This document shows positions 54,868 through 64,000 of a DNA stretch of 64,000 nt, in pieces. The DNA is from Parcubacteria group bacterium GW2011_GWC1_45_13 (GTDB taxonomy: Bacteria > Patescibacteriota > Minisyncoccia > UBA11713 > 2-01-FULL-45-33), in assembly GCA_001001285.1 (NCBI GenBank), contig LCKG01000004.1, forward strand, positions 1,957-65,956, in the 5' to 3' direction. The notes beneath the pieces were generated by a model, which did not search any database, was not told the DNA's origin, and was given only the letters and a program-made list of their open reading frames with translations. Each line of letters opens with the position of its first letter. The first letter of the stretch is position 1. The position numbers were made by a program, and so were the translations under genes.

Positions 54868-56211
54868 TTACCTTAAAATAATGTCAATGCGGCTGGGGTC
54901 TTTAGGAGGTTTTTTGTAAAATAGGCCTATCCAGAAGGGTTTAAAATTTATTTCCGCCCGCGAAATATAGGGGTATTCGCCCAGAAGCGTGCTGGCCGAT
55001 GAAATGTCTTTTTCTATTATTTTATTTTTAACGGCTACTTGGTCCAGCACAACCTCCACCTCGGCCATGCCAAAAACCTGAATGGTAAAGCTGGGAACAT
55101 CAAATTTATAATTGATTAATTTAATATTTAAATTTTCTAAATTTTTAATTCGTACCGTCGCGCCGTTAAAACCAGCCAATCGCGGATTATCTTTCAGTAA
55201 ATCCGTTTCAAGTTCGCTTCTGGACATAGTCGCAGCCCTAATTTCGCCTTCCATATCGAAAGTGAAATTGTCGGCCACAGCGCCGGCGACCGGATTACTT
55301 TCTTCTTTTAACGCGATGTATTCAACGGATGCCGGAAGCAAAAATTCTTCTTGGGGAATCTTTTTCAAAATTATAGAAACTGCTTCTTTTTGGGCTTCAT
55401 TTACTAAACCGGCTAGCGCCGCGTCCCGGTCGTTTTTTCCGACAACGACTTGTTCTCCCTCGGAACCACCCTGGATTTCTGTTTTTGATCTGCCAAAAAT
55501 CAGTTCGTATTTAAGAGTTCCTTTTAGCCCTGGCAAAGTAAAATCCGCAAGGCCTAAATTGTAAAGAGCGCCAGGCTTGTCCGCCAAAACAGCGATTTCT
55601 TTGGAACCAGGTGTCAGCTTCCCGCTTTCTGATTTGGCCGCCGGCACCACTATGGTTTTGGGAATCCGGTAAATATTTCCGTTGGGAGCCTCCATGCGCG
55701 TGGAAGCGATCAAGACTTGCGCGTCTCTTGATTTATTAAAAATAACCACAACTCCTCCGGCTTTAGCGTCCTCGGTTCTTTTTTCCGTCGCTTTAAACAA
55801 ACCGCTTCTGATATCCGGCAAAGTAAGAGTCCTAAAAACCGGGGGGGCCTGATCCTGGTATCTCTTTAAAATTAAAGTTTTTTCTATTTGCCAAGAAGCG
55901 GTTTTAGGCGTCAGCGTCACCTCCATTTCGGCAAAAAACATACTGCCTAAAATAAAAACCGTTAAAACTACCAAGATAATAAAAGTCACCCAGCCTCTTT
56001 TTCCCCGGCGCCCGCGCTGTTTTAAAACCTTGATGGTTGGTGATGGCTCTTTAAAAAACTGAGAAGTTATTTCTTTTTTTGGCGCCGACACGATATCTGA
56101 AATAACGCGTTTGCCGCTCGCGGGAACTATGTCTATAAAATTTTCTTTAGATTTTTTTTGCATCCGCGAAAAGAATAAGGGCTGATAAAATAATATCTCC
56201 TCCTCCCACAA
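54868..56211 (-). CDS. hypothetical membrane-anchored protein downstream of the PilM/FtsA-like gene
   Basis: 447 aa with a single N-proximal TM helix (WVTFIILVVLTVFILGSMFF); overlaps the upstream gene end. Confidence 0.4.
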   Translation of the reverse strand: MWEEEILFYQPLFFSRMQKKSKENFIDIVPASGKRVISDIVSAPKKEITSQFFKEPSPTIKVLKQRGRRGKRGWVTFIILVVLTVFILGSMFFAEMEVTLTPKTASWQIEKTLILKRYQDQAPPVFRTLTLPDIRSGLFKATEKRTEDAKAGGVVVIFNKSRDAQVLIASTRMEAPNGNIYRIPKTIVVPAAKSESGKLTPGSKEIAVLADKPGALYNLGLADFTLPGLKGTLKYELIFGRSKTEIQGGSEGEQVVVGKNDRDAALAGLVNEAQKEAVSIILKKIPQEEFLLPASVEYIALKEESNPVAGAVADNFTFDMEGEIRAATMSRSELETDLLKDNPRLAGFNGATVRIKNLENLNIKLINYKFDVPSFTIQVFGMAEVEVVLDQVAVKNKIIEKDISSASTLLGEYPYISRAEINFKPFWIGLFYKKPPKDPSRIDIILR

Positions 56212-57352
56212 GCTGGTCTGATGGGTAAAGCATGTCTTGAAAAGCTTCGGCTCGCAAAATTTGGGGCTCGATATCAGCGCCGAAATCTTTCTTAAAACTA
56301 TCTTTCAAAAAACTGGAAAATAAAGTGAAATCCGCCCCGCCCCCGGAAATTATAATTCTTTTAGGAACAATCCCAGCCGAAATCGACGTAAAAGTATTTT
56401 TAAGAACGTTTTTCAAGCTTGCCCACCAATCGGCAAGCGCCGGAGAAAGCGCCCGCTCCAATTTCGTTCTTAAAGTTTCGTCCAAAGTTCCTGAAGTGTA
56501 TTTTCTAAAAATTGCCTCCACATCTTTCTGATCTATTTTCAAAGAAGTGGAAATTCTTCTGGATAAAGTGCGAATGCCGAAAGCCGAGGCCCCCGCGTGC
56601 TCAATATTATTTTTGTCAGCCCAGAAAATTTCCGTAACCTCCCCGCCGATATCTGCAACTAAAACCGGGTCCGTAAAATTCTCCGTCGCCTTAAGCAACC
56701 GCCAGAGAGCCCTTGAGTCCGAATAATAGCGCGTTGCTGCTTTCGGAAAAAATTTTTCTCTGGCATTTTCAATATAATCTTTTAAAGTTCTACTGATTAA
56801 AGTAAAAATCATTTCAGTCTCCAACACGCGTCCTTTATAACTTGCGGCGTTTTCAATACTATAGCCGTTAATTTTGACGCTCAAAACTTCACGCCCCACA
56901 ACAAAAAGATTTTTGGTCGCAACGTCCGTTCCAATTGATTTTACCATAGCGTCAATTTCGCTTTCGGAAATAATTTTATCAGGATTGGCTCTTTCAATCT
57001 TTTGTTGCGCTTTTTTATACGCAAAGAACGGATCAGAGAGAGCGATTAAGACAGCGTCAACATGATGCGAAGCGCCGTAAGCATCCTTGAATATTTTTAA
57101 AAAACCGTCTTTTAAAATATAGGGAAGTTTTTGTTCGTCGCCATTTATTTTGTAACCGAATAAATCAATAGGATACCTTAAAACTTTCAAAATTTCGCAG
57201 GGGTCAACAATGGATTTAGGATAATTTTTTTCATACCGAACAGCGACAACAGCCGAAATGGAGGCTGTCCCCAAGTCAATCGCCAAGATATGCGTTTTTC
57301 CTCTTTCTCTCCCAAAAAGCCATGAGAGCATGAAGGTATTATAACACGCCAT
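56147..57352 (-). CDS. actin-fold ATPase of the PilM/FtsA family
   Basis: ILAIDLGTASISAVVA phosphate-1 motif and IIISGGGA adenosine motif. Confidence 0.5.
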   Translation of the reverse strand: MACYNTFMLSWLFGRERGKTHILAIDLGTASISAVVAVRYEKNYPKSIVDPCEILKVLRYPIDLFGYKINGDEQKLPYILKDGFLKIFKDAYGASHHVDAVLIALSDPFFAYKKAQQKIERANPDKIISESEIDAMVKSIGTDVATKNLFVVGREVLSVKINGYSIENAASYKGRVLETEMIFTLISRTLKDYIENAREKFFPKAATRYYSDSRALWRLLKATENFTDPVLVADIGGEVTEIFWADKNNIEHAGASAFGIRTLSRRISTSLKIDQKDVEAIFRKYTSGTLDETLRTKLERALSPALADWWASLKNVLKNTFTSISAGIVPKRIIISGGGADFTLFSSFLKDSFKKDFGADIEPQILRAEAFQDMLYPSDQLVGGGDIILSALILFADAKKI

Positions 57353-57406
57353 TTACAAATTTTAAGCAATTGCTATGATGCTGGGCAGGGAAGGAGGACA
57401 AAAACC

Positions 57407-57649
57407 ATGCCGGTAGACAATGTGCTTAGCGATTTTTGGAGTCGCCCTTGGAAATGCGGAGTATACTATAATCGCCATCACAGGCGCCGAGGGTTTATAA
57501 CTTGGCTAAAAATGGGCGGGTGGACGCGTGAAGGGATAAAACAAGAGGCTGAAAACAGAAAGGTCCCGCTCGAGCGTGTCTATAAAGAGCATCTTCGGCG
57601 ACACAGATACAATCCGGAGTGTTTCTTAAGCCGCGCTGAATCCGTCTAA
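57407..57649 (+). CDS. hypothetical small basic protein
   Basis: SD gaaggagga upstream; 80 aa; followed by a terminator. Confidence 0.4.
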   Translation: MPVDNVLSDFWSRPWKCGVYYNRHHRRRGFITWLKMGGWTREGIKQEAENRKVPLERVYKEHLRRHRYNPECFLSRAESV

Positions 57650-57663
57650 GATTCCGGTCAATC

Positions 57664-57692
57664 GGCCCCGACTTCACGGGGCTTTTTATTTT
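57664..57692 (+). terminator. rho-independent terminator
   Basis: ggccccg-acttca-cggggc followed by tttttatttt. Confidence 0.6.
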
Positions 57693-57781
57693 ACTCAATT
57701 TCATTTAATTTCACTCAATTACTAATTTTACTTTCTTTTGCGATAGCAAAAGAAATGCAAATCTTGAAATTAGAAAATTTC

Positions 57782-59551
57782 TTATTCCACAGTTGCACGG
57801 ATGCGGCGAATGCCGGAGCCGACGGCTTCCTGCTTCAATATTTTAAACCGGCCGATTTCGGAAGTGTTTTTGACGTGCGGGCCACTGCAGAGCTCTCTTG
57901 AGAAAATTTCCGGCGGGTCGACCTTAAAATCCCCCACTAAATAAACTTTAACTCTTGCTGGATATTTTTCCTTAAAAAAATGCTGCGCGCCCAATTTTAA
58001 GGCGTCTTCATAAGCCATCTCTTTCATCTCAACATGATATTTTTTACCAACCGCAAAATTTACTAGATCTTCAACTTTTTTAACTTCTTCATCCGTAAGT
58101 TTTCTGTCAAACGAAAAATCAAATCTTGTCCGCTCGGCCGTGATGTCAGAACCGGCCTGTTTTACTCCTTCTCCCAAAACTTTTCTCAAAGCTGCCTGCA
58201 AAAGATGCGTCACCGTGTGCAATCTTGTTACTTTTTTCAACTCTGCTTCGTCCGCGGCTTTCAATTCTCCCGTATCCAGCAGCAACCCATGCCCTCCGAA
58301 TTTTTTCTCAATGCCAGCGCGGGATATTTCCTGATGTTTTTGAAATTCTTTATTAAAACTCTCCTCATCTACAGAATGCCCGCCTTGCCGAACTAAATCT
58401 TTTATAATATCAATTGTTAACCCGTAAGTTTGATGAAAATAAAAAGCATCTTTACCAGAAATAACTTTTAAGTCATGAGATTTGTAAGTCCCTCTTTCTT
58501 TCGGGGCATTAATTTGAGCTTCAATTTCCGGATATTTTTTTAAAAACTCATTCAGTCCATTTTCTAAAGTTTTATTAAATTTGTTAATTTCCGCATTGAT
58601 TTCTTTAATGATTTTTTCTTTGTTTATCATTAACTCTTTGTAGAAATCGTAATAATTTATTACTCCTTCAATTTCTGGAATAAACAACTCAAATGATTTA
58701 TGACCAATTGTCCTCCATCTTACCGCAATACGTCGAATCAATCTTCTTAAAATATAACCAGCCTCCTTATTGGATGGGCTGACTCCATCAGCTATTAAAA
58801 AGACACTACCTTTTAAATGGTCTGCGAGAACTCTGCCATCAATACCATAAGCAGGAAGGAGTTTAAATGGTTTTTGAAATAAATCAGTTTCAAAAATAGT
58901 TTTTTTGCCCTGCGAGACCATCGCGAGGCGCTCCAGCCCCATGCCGGTGTCCACGCCTAGCGTTTTCAGTTTTTCAAAAGTACTATCAGGTTTTTTGTAA
59001 TATTCATTAAAAACAATGTTCCACATCTCCACGCCGTTTATGTAAATTTCTGTCGTTGGACCGCAAGGCCCCTCCGTGCCGGTCGGCCCCCAAAAGTTAT
59101 CCTCGCGGCCGGCTTTTCGGATGTCTTTCACGCCGAGCGATTGCCAGATTTTATAAGATTCCTCGTCAAACGGCGTCTTTTCATCACCCGCGAAAACCGT
59201 GACGTATTCAATTTTAAGCCCGAGTGATTCCAAAAATTTTTTAGCGTACTTTATCGCCTCTTCCTTAAAATATCCTCCGAAACTGAAATTCCCCAACATC
59301 TCAAAAAAAGTAAGGTGCGATTCGTCCCCTACTTCATCAATGTCGGAAGTGCGGAAGCATTTTTGAATTGAAACAACATTAGGCGCGGGCGCAAGCGACG
59401 GCTCGGTATAATATTTCTTAAACTGCTGCATTCCTGCGGTGGTCAAAAGCACCGATAGGTCGTCTGGAATTAAAGAAGAAGATGGTACAATTTTGTGCCC
59501 GCGTTCTTTAAAAAATTCCAGAAACTTTTCTCGAAGCTCTGCGGAAGACAT
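57782..59551 (-). CDS. alaS: alanyl-tRNA synthetase, short form (catalytic + editing, no C-Ala domain)
   Basis: N-terminus MSSAELREKFLEFFKERGHKIVPSSSLIP; editing-domain HxxxH (HTVTHLL) and CSGPHV zinc motif; 589 aa. Confidence 0.85.
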   Translation of the reverse strand: MSSAELREKFLEFFKERGHKIVPSSSLIPDDLSVLLTTAGMQQFKKYYTEPSLAPAPNVVSIQKCFRTSDIDEVGDESHLTFFEMLGNFSFGGYFKEEAIKYAKKFLESLGLKIEYVTVFAGDEKTPFDEESYKIWQSLGVKDIRKAGREDNFWGPTGTEGPCGPTTEIYINGVEMWNIVFNEYYKKPDSTFEKLKTLGVDTGMGLERLAMVSQGKKTIFETDLFQKPFKLLPAYGIDGRVLADHLKGSVFLIADGVSPSNKEAGYILRRLIRRIAVRWRTIGHKSFELFIPEIEGVINYYDFYKELMINKEKIIKEINAEINKFNKTLENGLNEFLKKYPEIEAQINAPKERGTYKSHDLKVISGKDAFYFHQTYGLTIDIIKDLVRQGGHSVDEESFNKEFQKHQEISRAGIEKKFGGHGLLLDTGELKAADEAELKKVTRLHTVTHLLQAALRKVLGEGVKQAGSDITAERTRFDFSFDRKLTDEEVKKVEDLVNFAVGKKYHVEMKEMAYEDALKLGAQHFFKEKYPARVKVYLVGDFKVDPPEIFSRELCSGPHVKNTSEIGRFKILKQEAVGSGIRRIRATVE

Positions 59552-59626
59552 AGGGCTATTTTAGCATTAAAATCATTGCTTTAGCAATGATCCCGACGTA
59601 CGTCGGGATGAAAGCTAAAGCTTTCA

Positions 59627-59676
59627 AAATAAAAAAGCGGCAGACGCTTATGCCACTCTAATTTTGCGTCTGCCGC
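59627..59676 (-). terminator. rho-independent terminator of the 59682-60059 gene
   Basis: On the minus strand: gcggcagacgc-N18-gcgtctgccgc hairpin followed by ttttttatttt. Confidence 0.55.
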
Positions 59677-59681
59677 CAAAG

Positions 59682-60059
59682 TTACCTGCGCGAATGCTTC
59701 AATCTAGCGGTGTTTTTCCCCGCCAGCCGCTCCTCTTTCCAACGCACCAGCCCCTTGCGAATATATTGGGGGTCAAACCCCAAAGCACCGCAGATGTTAT
59801 TGAAGGAAAAAAGCCAATCCTTTTCCTCTTCCAAAACCCACTCCTCCGCGTCGCGAAACATCCTCTTTCTTTTGCCGATGCGGGCGGCGACATATTTCTG
59901 GAAGCAAGTCACCGCATCCTTCAGCACTGCCAGCATGAGGTCCTTTTCCGGCTCTAATTGGGCCTTACTGCGCAAGGTCTCAAAATATTGAGCCGGAATA
60001 AGGGTATCCGACTGAAATAAAGACCCTACTTTTTCATCTACCGAGAGACCATTTTCCAT
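59682..60059 (-). CDS. hypothetical protein
   Basis: 125-aa ORF with its own terminator. Confidence 0.4.
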   Translation of the reverse strand: MENGLSVDEKVGSLFQSDTLIPAQYFETLRSKAQLEPEKDLMLAVLKDAVTCFQKYVAARIGKRKRMFRDAEEWVLEEEKDWLFSFNNICGALGFDPQYIRKGLVRWKEERLAGKNTARLKHSRR

Positions 60060-60127
60060 GTTTACGTCCTCCTTCTTTCTTTTTTAACCATAGCACAAGC
60101 TAAGAAAAAAATCAAGAGGCAGGATAA

Positions 60128-61228
60128 TTATACGACTATGACGCCTCCCCCGAGCATTTCTTCATCCTTGCCCGGCTTGCCGTCGGGCAGGTAAAAAACA
60201 GCCGACTGTCCAGGGGCTACAGCGCGCTGGGGAAAATCAAAAACGACTCGCCCATCGCCGAAGAGAGAGCATGCCTGAAGCGGCTGACGGTGGCGAATAC
60301 GAACTTGGCATGGAAAAGGCATTTCTGGTCCGCCAGCCGGCGGATTACCAATCCAATTAAAATTTTCCGCGAACAATTCTCTTTTATAAAGTGCTGAATC
60401 TTGTTTTTGAGATACCATTATAGTATTCGTTGCCAAATCTTTTTTTGCTACATAAACTGGCTCCGCTTGCCCGCCCAGCGCTAAACCGTGCCTTTGGCCA
60501 ATGGTATAAAAATGTGCGCCATCATGCTCGCCAATTTTCTTGCCATCGGACGTCATAATCACGCCTGATTTTTGAGGCAATGTTTCCCTTATGAAATCCG
60601 CAAAATTAACTTTGCCGACAAAACAAAGTCCTTGCGAATCTTTTTTATTGGCCACCGGCAAACCAAAACCGCGCGCGAGATCTCGTGCTTCGCTTTTTAA
60701 ATAATTCCCGATCGGGAACAAGCAATGTTTAAGCTGGTCTTGCGTCAAAGTCCACAAGAAATAGGATTGGTCCTTATTTTTGTCTTTGGCCGCAAACAAT
60801 TTGCTTCCAAACTTTCTTACATAATGTCCTGTCGCCATAAAGTCAGCTCCCGCCTCCAGTGCGCGCTTCAAAAAAATACCGAACTTTATTTCTTTATTGC
60901 ACATAACGTCCGGATTGGGTGTGCGGCCAGCCATATATTCGCAAATCATATAATCGTAAACGGCTTTTTTATATTCTTTTTTAAAATCCCAAACCAAAAA
61001 CGGAATGCCTAAAACCGCCGCAACGCGCATCGCGTCTTGTTTATCTTCGTTATTTTCACATCCTTCCCAACAAATCATATGCGCCCCGGTCACGTCATAA
61101 CCTTGTTTTTGCAACAACAAAGCCGCCACGGACGAATCCACTCCGCCTGACATTGCCACGAAGACCTTTTTATTCAAAACTTTGCGCATAAACAACACTA
61201 TATTATACCTTTGCAAGCATTTTGTCAT
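60128..61228 (-). CDS. mnmA: tRNA-specific 2-thiouridylase
   Basis: PP-loop VFVAMSGGVDSSVAA and MnmA length and architecture. Confidence 0.9.
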   Translation of the reverse strand: MTKCLQRYNIVLFMRKVLNKKVFVAMSGGVDSSVAALLLQKQGYDVTGAHMICWEGCENNEDKQDAMRVAAVLGIPFLVWDFKKEYKKAVYDYMICEYMAGRTPNPDVMCNKEIKFGIFLKRALEAGADFMATGHYVRKFGSKLFAAKDKNKDQSYFLWTLTQDQLKHCLFPIGNYLKSEARDLARGFGLPVANKKDSQGLCFVGKVNFADFIRETLPQKSGVIMTSDGKKIGEHDGAHFYTIGQRHGLALGGQAEPVYVAKKDLATNTIMVSQKQDSALYKRELFAENFNWIGNPPAGGPEMPFPCQVRIRHRQPLQACSLFGDGRVVFDFPQRAVAPGQSAVFYLPDGKPGKDEEMLGGGVIVV

Positions 61229-61620
61229 ATGCTACACTCAAATTAATCATGAAATCGGCTTTCGCTACCTTTTTAATATTCAGTCTGCTAGGCGTGGCTG
61301 TTTTGGGATTTTTAGCGATGAACCATGGCGAGGGGCACAGCGGATGTATCGCCGCCGCGGCTAACGGCGTTGATTGCGCGCGTGAAACCGGCCGCGCCGG
61401 ACTGTTCAGTTTTCATTCCGACGCTTTCAGAAATTTTTCTTTGGCCGTGTTATTCGGTTTCGCGCTATTCGTTTTGGCCCTGCTCTTTAGTTTTGATTTT
61501 AAAATGCCGTTTCCGGCGCTATACCTAAAATGGTATAATCCCCCAGTTTTATCTCTGCCTCAAAAAAGCCTGCTCATCAGCTGGCTCGCACTTCACGAAA
61601 ATAGTCCGAGTTTTTCATAA
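61222..61620 (+). CDS. hypothetical membrane protein
   Basis: 132 aa with two predicted TM helices. Confidence 0.35.
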   Translation: MSYATLKLIMKSAFATFLIFSLLGVAVLGFLAMNHGEGHSGCIAAAANGVDCARETGRAGLFSFHSDAFRNFSLAVLFGFALFVLALLFSFDFKMPFPALYLKWYNPPVLSLPQKSLLISWLALHENSPSFS

Positions 61621-61668
61621 GACGTAAATATAAACTCTGCAGTTTTTATTCTTATTATTTTAATTCTT

Positions 61669-62172
61669 ATGAAAAAAAACCAAAATCAATTCATCTGGGC
61701 CGGAGTAATTCTGGCGGTGCTTATCGGCTTCATCTGGCTGGCCCGCCCGGCTTCGCAATCAACTCCCGCCTCGCCCGTTTTGGGAAAAAACGGCGCGTTA
61801 ACCGCCCAAGAAAATAATTATGATTTCGGCTCCATTTCCATGGCCGCCGGAAAAGTGTCAAAAACATTCGCGATAAAAAATACGGGCTCCGACCCTCTTG
61901 CCGTAAATCAGCTTTACACTTCCTGCATGTGCACCGAAGCAACGCTTAAAATCGGCAGCCGCGCCGCGGGGCCCTTCGGCATGCCGGGGCACGGCTTCGC
62001 CCAACGCATTAGTGAAACGATAAGGCCAAACGAAGAAGCGGCAGTTGAGGTGGTATTTGACCCGGCCGCGCACGGGCCCGCTGGAGTCGGCCGGATAGAA
62101 CGGGCTGTGTATCTGGAAAATAGCGCCAGCGAAGCGCTTCAACTTAAATTTTCGGCGACGGTAACTCCTTAA
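61669..62172 (+). CDS. secreted DUF1573-like protein
   Basis: Signal anchor, then YDFGSISMAAGKVSKTFAIKNTGSDPLAVNQLYTSCMCT, matching the DUF1573 pattern (fdfG...h.f...NtG..PL.i.....SCgCT). Confidence 0.55.
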   Translation: MKKNQNQFIWAGVILAVLIGFIWLARPASQSTPASPVLGKNGALTAQENNYDFGSISMAAGKVSKTFAIKNTGSDPLAVNQLYTSCMCTEATLKIGSRAAGPFGMPGHGFAQRISETIRPNEEAAVEVVFDPAAHGPAGVGRIERAVYLENSASEALQLKFSATVTP

Positions 62173-62176
62173 CACC

Positions 62177-62959
62177 ATGAGCAAAAATTTAATTATTTTC
62201 GCGGGCATCGCCGTCCTGCTCTTGGCTTTGGTATTTTTCCTAAAAACAGACAGCGCTGGAACAACTTTCGTCTGGAATTTGAGCAATGGCGGAAAATGGC
62301 TTTTACCGCTCGTAATAGTTTCTGCGCTAATTGACAGCATTAACCCCTGCGCTTTTTCTATCCTGCTTCTGACCATCGCTTTTCTCTTCAGCATCGGGAA
62401 ACTCCGCTCCGGCATTCTTAAAATCGGAGGCGCGTACATTTTCGGCATTTTTCTTGTTTACCTCCTCATAGGATTGGGGCTTCTGCAAACCCTGCATCTC
62501 TTTTCAACACCTCATTTTATGGCCAAGCTCGGCGCAGGGCTTTTGGTCGCGCTTGGATTCATCAACGTGATAAATGAATTTTTCCCGGCCTTTCCAATCA
62601 AGCTCCGCATTCCGCACGCGGCTCACCACAAAATGGCTGAACTTATGGAAAAAGCATCGTTGCCGACGGCGTTTCTTTTGGGCGGGCTTGTCGGCCTCTG
62701 CGAATTTCCATGCACCGGTGGGCCGTATCTCATGGTTTTGGGATTGCTACACGACCAAGCGACTTATCTTAAAGGCGTGGGTTATCTGATTTTCTACAAT
62801 GTCGTCTTCGTTTTGCCGCTGGCAATCATCTTGCTTATGGCCAGCGACGGAGCATTGCTTGAAAAAGTCCGCGCCTGGCAGCAAAAAGAAAATCGCCTGA
62901 TGCGCTTTGGCGGAGGGGTTGCGATGATTATTTTGGGCGCGATTATTTTCCTTATCTAA
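62177..62959 (+). CDS. ccdA: cytochrome c-type biogenesis / thiol-disulfide transporter CcdA (DsbD-family membrane domain)
   Basis: Conserved Cys in TM1 (NPCAF) and TM4 (EFPCTGGP) of the DsbD_2 family. Confidence 0.7.
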   Translation: MSKNLIIFAGIAVLLLALVFFLKTDSAGTTFVWNLSNGGKWLLPLVIVSALIDSINPCAFSILLLTIAFLFSIGKLRSGILKIGGAYIFGIFLVYLLIGLGLLQTLHLFSTPHFMAKLGAGLLVALGFINVINEFFPAFPIKLRIPHAAHHKMAELMEKASLPTAFLLGGLVGLCEFPCTGGPYLMVLGLLHDQATYLKGVGYLIFYNVVFVLPLAIILLMASDGALLEKVRAWQQKENRLMRFGGGVAMIILGAIIFLI

Positions 62960-62963
62960 AAAT

Positions 62964-63335
62964 ATGCGCCTGGAAATTTGCCCAATTTGCGCGGCGGTCG
63001 CGGGAACATGGCTTCTCCTGACTGCGCTGGTTTTATCCGGGTATTTAAATCCCGAAATTTTTCTGCCACTTATTACGCTCCTCATGGGAGGGACAGTTGT
63101 GGGCGTCGCTTACCAAATCGGCAAAAGAAAACCGGTCGTAATCAGCGTTGGCATGCTGCTCGCTTTCTGGGCAGTGCGCATTTTAAGCTTTAAAGTGTTT
63201 ATTTTGGAGATTGCTGTTCTTGCAATGCTTGCTTATTTATTATTCGTTAAACGAAACGGTGGGGATAAGCCGGCTCTGCCTCAAGACTCGAAAACCCGCG
63301 AATTATTGGAAGAAAAAATGAAAAATTGCTGTTAA
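62964..63335 (+). CDS. small membrane protein with N-terminal CxxC (possible thiol-redox partner of CcdA)
   Basis: MRLEICPICAAVAG... CPIC motif at the start of TM1; 3 TM helices. Confidence 0.35.
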   Translation: MRLEICPICAAVAGTWLLLTALVLSGYLNPEIFLPLITLLMGGTVVGVAYQIGKRKPVVISVGMLLAFWAVRILSFKVFILEIAVLAMLAYLLFVKRNGGDKPALPQDSKTRELLEEKMKNCC

Positions 63336-63352
63336 TTAAAATTAATAAATTT

Positions 63353-64000
63353 ATGGAAAACGAAATAAAACAAAAAGATTCTTTGCTGCCGGCAAGCATT
63401 CTTGCTTCAACGATCATCCTCGCGATGGTATGGCTTTATACAAGCGGCGCTCAAGATCGCCAAAATCAGCCGCAGACTCAACCGCAGCAAAAAACATCGG
63501 AGGGGATCGTTTTGCCGGTCCGCTGGGGGGATTTGGGCAAGAAGATGATAAACGCTGGCGTGATTGACGCGAAAAGATTTGAAGAGATTTACGCAAACCG
63601 AGGCGGATTGACTAAAGAAACTAAGGAATTACTTTACGGAGAAAACAACGGCAACCTTAAAGTTACTTCGGAAAATTCTGGAATAATTTTAAATCTACTC
63701 TGGGCGTTGGGACTCGGCGCGAAAAATGATATTTTAGAAGCGGGACCAATGACGCAATACGGTGACATTGGAAATTTTGCTTCTACCGGCGGCTGGACCA
63801 TTACCAAAGGCGGCGCGATGGATCATTACAGCAAGCACGTTTTTTTTGAGCTGACTCCGGAGCAACAAGCGCTGGTGGAAAACGTAAGTAAAAATATTTA
63901 CCGGCCGTGCTGTAATAATCCAACCCATTTTCCGGACTGCAACCACGGCATGGCAATGCTAGGGCTTCTGGAGCTTCTTGCCTCCCGAGGCGCTAACGAA
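63353..64000 (+). CDS. hypothetical secreted protein (3'-partial, runs off the window)
   Basis: Hand translation MENEIKQKDSLLPASILASTIILAMVWLYTSG... with no stop to the window end; ends with a CCNNPTHFPDCNHG Cys/His cluster. Confidence 0.4.
   Translation, partial: MENEIKQKDSLLPASILASTIILAMVWLYTSGAQDRQNQPQTQPQQKTSEGIVLPVRWGDLGKKMINAGVIDAKRFEEIYANRGGLTKETKELLYGENNGNLKVTSENSGIILNLLWALGLGAKNDILEAGPMTQYGDIGNFASTGGWTITKGGAMDHYSKHVFFELTPEQQALVENVSKNIYRPCCNNPTHFPDCNHGMAMLGLLELLASRGANE

Noticed and set aside
1-64000. CRISPR arrays and rRNA genes
   Set aside because: No regularly spaced direct repeats with unique spacers were seen. The repeats present are dispersed single palindromes. No rRNA-like conserved stretches were noted.

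Overview
This 64 kb window has the gene content and compact, mostly minus-strand operon layout of a small streamlined bacterial genome, probably a Candidate Phyla Radiation / Patescibacteria-type organism. Housekeeping clusters: def-fmt; dnaX; a dcw cluster (mraZ-rsmH-ftsL-ftsI-murF-[tRNA-Glu]-serS-ftsQ-like); lysS-greA; mrdA-mreDCB-proS; rseP-frr-holB; a second mreB next to murA; hrcA-grpE-dnaK-dnaJ with a canonical CIRCE operator; the ribosomal alpha operon (infA-rpmJ-rpsM-rpsK-rpsD-rpoA-rplQ) plus rplM-rpsI; alaS, mnmA and ccdA. There are four tRNAs (Gln, Glu, Ala, Lys; all minus strand). Accessory content: (i) an AT-richer three-gene cassette at 37.1-39.8 kb encoding a MORC/MutL-type GHKL ATPase, a small TIR-like (DUF1863/ThsB-like) protein and a 4-TM protein, bracketed by two diverged ~260-nt inverted copies of a structured element that shows compensatory hairpin substitutions, and sitting next to tRNA-Ala. 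I consider this a candidate novel defence or signalling island. (ii) An IS200-like HuH tyrosine transposase (RAYT-like) flanked by REP palindromes. Further copies of that palindrome, and of a second palindrome family, are inserted in frame inside protein-coding genes (ROK kinase, GT39 glycosyltransferase, rsmH, dnaK, hrcA and the transposase itself), reminiscent of Rickettsia palindromic elements. (iii) A MazF-like toxin with an atypical 265-aa upstream partner, and a RelE/ParE pair wedged into the ribosomal operon. (iv) A very large Thr/Gly/Ser-rich tail-fibre-like repeat protein with an apparent frameshift at the window start. (v) A VirD4/TraG-like membrane ATPase and two GT39 glycosyltransferases with GtrA. 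No CRISPR array or rRNA gene was seen.
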